Source: an uncultured Candidatus Peribacteria bacterium
GTDB lineage: Bacteria > Patescibacteriota > Gracilibacteria > Absconditabacterales > Absconditicoccaceae
Assembly: GCA_964560855.1 (NCBI GenBank)
Contig: CAZLLU010000001.1
Span: forward strand, 17,051-81,050
Length of the DNA: 64,000 bases
Reading direction: 5' to 3'
Part shown: in pieces, positions 57,059 to 64,000 of the stretch
How positions within the stretch are numbered: position 1 is the stretch's first letter
How the letters are laid out: every line of letters starts with the position of its first letter
The notes under the pieces: model-generated
What the model saw: the letters and a program-made list of their open reading frames with translations, nothing else
The model's database searches: none
What the model was told of the DNA's origin: nothing
Translations under genes and position numbers: made by a program

Positions 57059-57481
57059 TTAGTTATTGCTATTGAATATTTCTGCAGCTGATGGTATTGT
57101 TCATGATGATACTGTTCATGATGATGTATTAGGGAAATTACGAGAACCTGTCATGGAGATTCAATATCCCTGCATAATCTCTTGTATATTTTTCCCTCCA
57201 TCGATAGCTGCTTGTAGTTCGCCAGTGGATATACCTATTCTATTAGCTATCCTTGAAATTCACTCTTCATCGAGAACCATACCACTACCATTTGGCATCA
57301 TACTTCATGATCACATAGGTCTATCCATAGCTCAAGAAAATCTACCACGAGAGGATGAAAATAGAGATACTACTTGAGAATTTGTATTGTTAGTAAAGAT
57401 GTTTTTTATAGAAGAAAAAATAATAAAGAGAAAAATTCATACCAAAATTCCTATTCAAAGCGAGAAGATTTTCTTATTCAT
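57059..57481 (-). CDS. Small membrane-anchored Met/Gly/Ser-rich protein (140 aa)
   Basis: MNKKIFSL-G-IGILV-G-IFLFIIF TM segment, then MDRPM-G-S-G-SMMPNGSGM. Ends 31 nt upstream of the adaptor gene. Confidence 0.5.
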
Positions 57482-57559
57482 AAGGAAAAAAGATTAGGAA
57501 GATAAAATAAAAGAGAAGCAGAAAATAGAACTACCTTCTAGATAATTTTCTATATTTTT

Positions 57560-57826
57560 TTATTGGCTTGTTTGTATGTTTGTTGGCTCTGCCTCTAGTC
57601 CAGTAAGCTCTGTAGGCGTTTGCGGCACTGTATTTGTAGGGAAATTTGGACGCATACGCATACCTTGTTCATTCATCATCATTCAAGACATTATTCTTCT
57701 TTGTCAATTCATCATAGGAGGAAAATTACGATAATGATTTAAACAAAGAGTATATCAAATTACTCATCAAACAACTAATGATATGAGAATGGAAATTACA
57801 AAGATAATGGTTGTTTTCTTGTTCAT
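57560..57826 (-). CDS. Small membrane-anchored Met-rich protein (88 aa)
   Basis: MNKKTTIIFVISILISLVV-GG-VI-G-Y TM segment, then PPMMN-G-QRRIMS-G-MMMNEQGMRMRP. TAA stop at 57560-57562. Confidence 0.45.
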
Positions 57827-57946
57827 AATTAATCATGGATAATATAAAAAAACGTTTTTGAAGATATATATTTACCTTAAATCAACCTTAAATGCATATA
57901 CGATATTTCTGATAGAAAAAACATTTCGATTCCCTATAGTGGCGAT

Positions 57947-59821
57947 ATGAAATCTATAATTCTCCAATTATTCAAGGCTAACCCTAAAGATCGTACCTCT
58001 GAATTCGTCAAAACGCTCAAGAGGGATTTTTCTCGTGCTCATGGTTCGAAGGATCTGCCATCAAATATCCAGCTTTTGCAGGCGTATTTTGAGCTTTTAA
58101 AATCCAAGGAGATTACCAAAGATTCACAGATAGAGCAGTTGCTCAAGAAAAGAGCGATCAGGTCGGAATCAGGGATTGTTTCCGTGCAAGTTCTAACCAA
58201 GCCGTTTCCGTGTCCGGGAAAATGTATTTTTTGTCCCAATGAAAAATGTATGCCCAAGAGTTATATCAAATCTGAACCGGGCGCCATGAGGGCATTTCTC
58301 AATCATTTTGACCCAATCAAACAAGTCTACAATAGATTACTTTCCCTTACCCTTACCGGTCATGAAACCGACAAAATAGAAATGATTGTGCTTGGCTGAA
58401 CTTTCGACGTCTATACGAAGGAATACAAGACGAAATTCGTGAAACAGCTCTACGACGCATGCAATACTTTCGAGGAATATTTCAAAAATATCAAGGTTTC
58501 TACCGAGAAAAAATATTCTCATGCTATCGTCGATAAAAGCAAGAAAATCATCTATTCCACTACGATCGAAGAGGCGCTGAAGAAAAATGAAACAGCAAAA
58601 AACAGGATTATCTGACTGACTATCGAGACGAGACCAGAATATGTGACCGATAAGAACTGCCAATTCCGGCGTGAACTCGGAGTCACGAGAATAGAAATGT
58701 GAGTCCAATCGTTAGACGAAGAAATTTTGAAACTCAACAAAAGAGGGCATACGGTCCAGCAAGCACGTGAAGCTTGTCACAAGATGAGGCAATACGGATT
58801 CAAGATTTCTCTGCATATCATGCCAGGACTCTACGGATCAAATTACGCAAAAGATCTGCAGACATTCAAGGATTTATATAATGATCCATTCTTCAAACCC
58901 GACGAGATTAAATTCTATCCAACCTCCGTTATTCCGAATACTGAACTCTTCAAACTCTATAAACAAGGAAAATATACACCACTCCAAACTGATGATATCA
59001 AAAAATTAATTCAACAGACCTTCATGGACGTTATCCCTCCATATACGAGGATCAAACGTCTTATCCGCGATATTCCTGCTAACGAGATTGTTGCATGAAG
59101 CAAGGTAACGAATCTCTCACAACTTGTACACGCCGAAATGAAATGCAGAATACAGAATTCAGAATTCAGAATGAAAAAGTTTTATGGAAGATTATATGGA
59201 AAATATAAACTCTATTCATCTCTACAAAAAGTGATTAAAGACGAATTGGAGAAAACAGTTGAACTTCAAGGCGTAGGGGATATTCGCGAACATCTCTTAC
59301 AACAAAACATACAGACCTACATTGTCTGAAAGCAACCTGATCTCAAAAGTTTCAGAAATTTCGTTTCACTTGATACGAGAAGTAGAGAGATAAGAAATAA
59401 GCTTAAAGTTCAAAGCCCAAAGCTTAAAGCTGTAGCTAATGTGATAATCAGAAAATATCAGAGTAGCGGAGGAGTAGAGTACTTTATTTCGTTCGAAGAC
59501 CAATTGTGATATTTGTATTGATTTACAAGATTGCTCTTGCCTACAGATTCAGTGGAGGTGAAGTGAATTGGAAACGATACAGCTATTATTAGAGAACTGC
59601 ACGTCTACGGACAAGTAGAATGACTGCGTTTAAACGTTTCATCAAGCGATAAGGTTCAGCATAAAGGATTTTGAAGACAACTTATGGAAATAGCAGAACA
59701 GATTTCGAAATCGCACAATTACAAAAAGCTTTCCGTAATTTCTGGTATCTGAGTAAGGCCGTATTATAGGAAACTGTGATACAAACTAGATGGAACGTAT
59801 ATGGTCAAAAAGCTAAAATAA
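57947..59821 (+). CDS. elp3: Elp3-type radical SAM + GNAT enzyme
   Basis: PCPGKCIFCPN radical-SAM cluster, IEM-G-VQSLDEEIL, C-terminal GNAT HKGF-G-RQLME. Pieces 57947-58399, 58727-59098 and 59138-59329 share a frame. TAA stop at 59819-59821. Confidence 0.85.
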
Positions 59822-59847
59822 AAAACTCCGCAATTGCGGAGTTTTTT
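59822..59847 (+). terminator. Rho-independent terminator
   Basis: AAAAACTCCGCAATTGCGGAGTTTTTT. Confidence 0.8.
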
Positions 59848-60390
59848 AGTAAGAAATATTTCTTTTTATGGAAGGCATTGTTGGTAGATAGTATTGATTT
59901 TTCCGTCTGCAATATCGAAAGCGTAGATGACTTTTATAGTAGCACCAGAAAGTGATTGCTGTATAAATAGTAATAGTATCTTTGAGGACTGCATAAATAG
60001 TAGGTATGTTATTGGTATCGCAAGTGAATGTTTTAGCGTCTGCTGCGATAGAAAACTCTCTGAGTTTAGGATTCTGGTTGATAAAATAATCGGTAACGCC
60101 AGGTTGAAAATCCTCGTTCATCGTGAGCATATCCAAGGTAAGATATGTACTACCATTTTTTTCTGCTATCGCAGTAATCTCTGCAGGAGCTGAAGATCGT
60201 TTTTTATCAGCAGGTTCTTTATCAGATCAGACAATTCTCAGTGAGATTTCTCATTCTGCTGTTGTAGGAGCATCTCCTGTTATAGCTACAAAATCGGCTA
60301 CTGGTGTTTTTTTTTGGAGATATTACATGCAATAACAAAAATTACAATAATCACCACGATGATTTATCATATGATGAACCATTTTTTCAT
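59846..60390 (-). pseudogene. Disrupted or phase-variable lipoprotein gene
   Basis: ATG at 60388-60390 gives MKKWFII-G- and then a TAA (60364-60366). The lipoprotein signal continues as IIVVIIVIFVIAC NISKKK. An A9 tract (60307-60315) puts the body (TPVADFVAITGDAP...NEDFQPGVTDYFINQNPKL) in another frame. A further shift near 59949-59951 is possible. Confidence 0.5.
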
Positions 60391-60435
60391 TGTTGTTTTT
60401 GTTTGTTTTATGAAAAGAAAGATAAAGAATACAAA

Positions 60436-62337
60436 TTATATATCCAACTCTTTGACGGTCTTAGCATGGGTTAGGATGAAATGTTTCCTTGATTGAACAT
60501 CTTCTCCCATGAGAATCCTGAATAATCTATCTGCTTCTTCAGCATCTTCTACGGTAATTTGATTTAATCTTCTATTTTCTGGATTCATCGTGGTTTCTCG
60601 AAGCTGTTCTGGATTCATTTCTCCAAGACCTTTATATCTCTGAACTTCAGTCTTGTTTGGCTCGAATCCGTACATATCTGGAGTATGATCCTCGTTATAG
60701 ATATATTCTTCTTTTTTACCTTGAGTGAATTTGTAGATAGGAGGACAAGCTGCGTACACATGACCATGTTCTACGAGCGGTCTCATAAATCTAAAGAAGA
60801 AAGTCAGCAATAATGTTCTGATATGTGCACCATCCACATCGGCATCCGTCATGATGATGATTTTGTCATATCTCAATCCTTCAAAATCAAAACTATCTTT
60901 GACTCCTGCTCCTATAGCCGTAATCAATGCTTTAACTTCGTTATTCGCCATGATTTTTTGCATGACTGCCTGTTCAGTATTTAATATTTTACCTCTCAAT
61001 GGGAGGATGGCTTGGAAATTACTATTTCTTCCTTGCTTTGCACTTCCTCACGCTGAATCTCCCTCGACAATATACAATTCAGTGCCTTCTTTGTTTTTTC
61101 TTGCACAATCGGCTAATTTTCCTGGGAGGACTCCGCCGGCCAAAATATTTTTTCTCAATACCGTCTCTTTCGCAAATTTTGCAGCCAATCTTGCTCTTGC
61201 TGCTAATTCTATTTTCTCGAAGATCTTATTGAATTCGTCTTCATTCTTGGTTAGGTAATCTTTGAGATAATTATAAACCATAGTCTCAACTTCACCTCTG
61301 ACATAACTATTCCCTAATTTACCTTTGGTCTGTCCTTCGAATTGCGGTTCTGGGATTTTGACCGTGACGATAGCGTACAATCCGTCCGTTACGTCAGAAT
61401 ATTGGAATTCTCCTATTTTCTTGTTGATCTTGTCTTTTTCTTTTCCGAGTTCGTTGATGACATTCAATAATGCAGATTTGAATCACAATACATGGCTTCC
61501 TCCATCGACAGTAGGGATGTTGTTAACGAATGAAAGAATATGGTCATTGGATGTATTTACGAATTGGAATGAAACCTCTCATAGACAGTCTTTACCTTCC
61601 GCTTTGAAATAATGAGCAGAGGAAAGCGCTTGTTGAGTTCCTACGAGATTTTTTAACCATGTCTTGATACCGTCTTCATAGTAAAATCTTTGCTTGAATC
61701 CTGTTTTCTTGTTGACGAAATTGAACGTAACTCCAGGAGTCAGATAAGCAGATTGTTTCATTCTCGCGATTTCGATGGATTGAGAGAATTCTATCGTTTC
61801 GAATATTTTGGCGTCAGGCATGAATTTGACGGTTGTACCTATTTTATCACTTTCACCTATTTCTTGGATCTCTCCGTCAGCTATTCCTCTCTGATATCTT
61901 TGGAAATATTTTTTCCCATTTTTGTAGACCGTGACTTCGAGCCGTTCGCTCAATGCATTGACGACAGAAGCGCCAACTCCATGCAGACCTCAAGAGATTT
62001 TATACGAGCTTTTATCGAATTTACCTCCTGCGTGGAGGACAGTGAAGACTGTTTCGAGAGCGGATTTTCCTGTTTTTTCGTGTTTATCTACAGGGATTCC
62101 TCTTCCATTGTCATGAATAGTGACGGATCCGTCTTCGTTCAATGCGGTCGTGATAGTGGTACAAAATCCTGCCAACGCTTCATCGACGGCATTATCTACG
62201 ATTTCCTGGACGAGATGGTGTAAACCTTTGGCGTCAGTGGATCAGATATACATTCATGGTCTCTGTCTGACCGGCTCCAATCACTCCAATACTTTGATAT
62301 GCGATGCATCATATTCCTTTGAGCTCAAATTTGTCAT
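60436..62337 (-). CDS. gyrB: DNA gyrase subunit B
   Basis: [36 protein letters not shown] (TGA at 61048-61050), [21 protein letters not shown]. Five listed pieces share a frame. TAA stop at 60436-60438. Confidence 0.97.
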
Positions 62338-62366
62338 AACTCTCTATAATAATATAACTAAAAATC

Positions 62367-62488
62367 AATGTTGAATATTGAATTTTGAATGTTGAATGTA
62401 GGAATTGCCGGGATGGACTATCGTAATTTTATGATAGTCAATAAATACAAGTCATTCACTCAACATTTAGCATTTAGAATCCAAAATT
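62367..62488. repeat. Intergenic module: TTGAAT-word arm, central palindrome GACTATCGTAATTTTATGATAGTC, inverted arm
   Basis: 62367-62398 AATGTTGAATATTGAATTTTGAATGTTGAATG. Palindrome at 62416-62439. 62453-62488 CATTCACTCAACATTTAGCATTTAGAATCCAAAATT. Confidence 0.6.
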
Positions 62489-62500
62489 AATTTTGTTGGT

Positions 62501-63772
62501 TTAGTCTTCAAGGTAGTCATCATCATCGAATCTACTCATGTAATCATCTTCTTCGTTTTCATAATCATCCATTTCATCTTTTGATTTTCTTCATTTCTTT
62601 CTCTTTTTTCCGTCTCAGGCTTCAAGTTTAGCGATATCATCTTCGATTCCAAGTATTTTTTGTAATCCAGCGTGCTCTTTGAGCTTTTGGATGACTTTCT
62701 GTTCGATCTGTCTAACTCTTTCTCTCGTGACATTAAATTCCTCTCAGACTTGTTCCAATGTATATCTCGGTCCATCGATTCCATATCTCATTTTTACGAT
62801 CTTTGCTTCTCTGTCGTCGAGCATACCCAAGATCATATCAAGGTTCTTTCTTAGGGCATTTTTTTCGGCGAATTGATCAGGTCTCAAAGTATTTCCATCT
62901 TCGATGAGATCGGCGAGTGTATCCCTTCCTTCATCTCCGACTTCTCTATCCAATGAGACGTTTCCGAAGATGACTTCTTCCAACTTCTTAATCTTCTTGA
63001 TAGGAAATCATAGCTTTTGTCCTATCTCCTTGGAGGTCGGCTCTCTTCCTAATTTCTGGAAGAGTAACTGATAGGTCTTGTTATATGAATTGATTTCGTC
63101 AATCAAATGCACAGGTATCCTTACGTGTTTCGTCATGTCGGCGATTGCTTTTGTAATCGATTGTTTGATCCACCGTGTCGCATATGTAGAGAATTTAAAC
63201 TCTTTATCTGGATCGAATTTCTCTATTGCTTTGATAAGTCCGATATTTCCTTCCTGGATTAGATCGGAAAAACTCAGTCTTGATCAGAAGAATCTCTTTG
63301 CGATACTGATGACCAATCTTAGGTTTGATTCGATCAACCTTTTTTTGGCTTCTTCATCTCATTTTTTTATCCTTTTGGCGATATCTCTTTCCTCTTCGGA
63401 ATTCAATAATGGGATTTTGGATATTTCATTGAAATAGAGCTTGATGAAATCTTTATGCTGAGATTCGGAAACGTTTTTCTGGGTATCATAGAGTTCTATT
63501 TTCCCGAGTTTGCTCTCTTTTTTTGCTTCTTCGGCTTCTTTTTCCAAGACTTCCTCGATGGTAATGATCTTGATACCGAGCTTGTCCGCGAGTTCGTAGA
63601 ATTTCTCTATCATCTTGACGCTGAGATCCATATCGTCTACGTCTGCGATTACGTCTTCTTCATTGATAATGCCTGTTTCGAATCCATTATGCAGGAGTTC
63701 CTGTAGTGGTTTGCTGAGCTCACCGATATCGTCCTGGAAACTATCCCGTAATTGCTTCTGAAGTTTCTGCAT
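62501..63772 (-). CDS. rpoD: RNA polymerase sigma factor RpoD (sigma-70)
   Basis: [68 protein letters not shown]. Acidic C-terminal tail. TAA stop at 62501-62503. Confidence 0.95.
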
Positions 63773-63836
63773 AGAGGGGGTGAAAGTGATAAAAGCGTTA
63801 GGTAGTACCTAGCTTATAGAAAGTTATCTATAATAT

Positions 63837-63864
63837 TTGACATTTATAATAAAATATGTATAAT
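63837..63864 (+). promoter_or_regulatory. Consensus-like sigma-70 promoter facing right
   Basis: TTGACA (63837-63842), a 16-nt spacer, then TATAAT (63859-63864). Confidence 0.45.
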
Positions 63865-64000
63865 ATAATTGTGTAGTGAAGCCATACGCTTACGATAGCG
63901 TAATGAAGAGCACTGTCTTACCCAAGATGGTGCTTTTCTCTTTTTGCTTACACAAGACAAAAAAATAGTCACCGTTTGGTCCAATGACAGGGAGAGAATA

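Noticed and set aside
60436-62337. Apparent fragmentation of gyrB (and of mutL, uvrB, metG, murD, murF, rimO and others) into 2-5 pieces, which suggests pseudogenes or a badly assembled contig
   Set aside because: All pieces of each gene are in the same frame. The only interrupting codon is TGA, and it falls on conserved glycines. This is recoding (table 25), not decay.
1-64000. UGA = Trp (table 4, Mycoplasma-like) as an alternative explanation
   Set aside because: The UGA positions align with invariant Gly (EGDSAGG, GxGKT/S P-loops, LSGGQ, CxGGCxGGG, lipobox G-C), not with Trp. Trp is encoded by TGG throughout, for example WW in 36920-37753.
1-64000. Search for tRNA, rRNA, tmRNA or RNase P RNA genes and for integrases or phage genes
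   Set aside because: I found no T-loop-type GGTTCGAATCC/GGTTCAAATCC contexts and no rRNA-like conserved blocks by eye. No integrase, recombinase or phage structural motifs appear among the translated genes. A covariance-model scan would be needed to exclude small RNAs.

Overview
Low-GC bacterial chromosomal segment that only makes sense under translation table 25, where UGA encodes Gly and only TAA/TAG stop. In the supplied standard-code ORF track nearly every housekeeping gene is cut at TGA. The pieces always share one frame and rejoin at conserved glycines (GyrB EGDSA-UGA-GS; hydrogenase-like ACE-UGA-UGA-CIGG; MurD AIL-UGA-YGREG). This indicates a Gracilibacteria/Absconditabacteria (SR1)-type CPR genome.

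After rejoining by hand I count about 55 protein genes.
- Core genes: murD, murF, nrdR, mutL, nusA, hemW, rimO, uvrB, rplI, rnpA, cysS, metG, HU, an ECF-type sigma factor, an S41 protease, yraN, SOD, elp3, gyrB, rpoD.
- Envelope and transport genes: AI-2E, MFS, a MacAB-type efflux operon, several lipoproteins, and a surface protein of more than 640 aa.
- I found no rRNA, tRNA, CRISPR array or intact mobile element.

The standout is a 9.6-kb, seven-gene minus-strand operon (27111-36755). It encodes three different ATP-grasp ligases, three predicted zinc peptidases (two DUF1704/MATCAP-like, one of them fused to a ligase), a GNAT, and a 7TM export-type membrane protein ending in EEEEE. I read it as a candidate peptide or poly-amino-acid ligation, trimming and export system. 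It could also be a C-terminal tail 'writer/eraser' system.

Other points of interest:
- a Memo-CapA fusion next to a DUF3160 lipoprotein;
- murD divergent from a PP-loop protein that may be MurL;
- a C-terminally truncated uvrB;
- a MacAB operon whose adaptor ends in a UGA-encoded (M-G-G)n tail, with two Met-rich small proteins upstream;
- a decayed or phase-variable lipoprotein gene with an A9 tract;
- unusual non-coding architecture: short 'stuttered word' repeats forming inverted arms, a recurrent GACTATYGT palindrome, GC-rich REP-like hairpin clusters beside an IS200/RAYT-type relic, and one repeat family inserted in frame in rimO and elp3.

All coordinates come from manual reading. Family names are motif-level recognition, not database hits.
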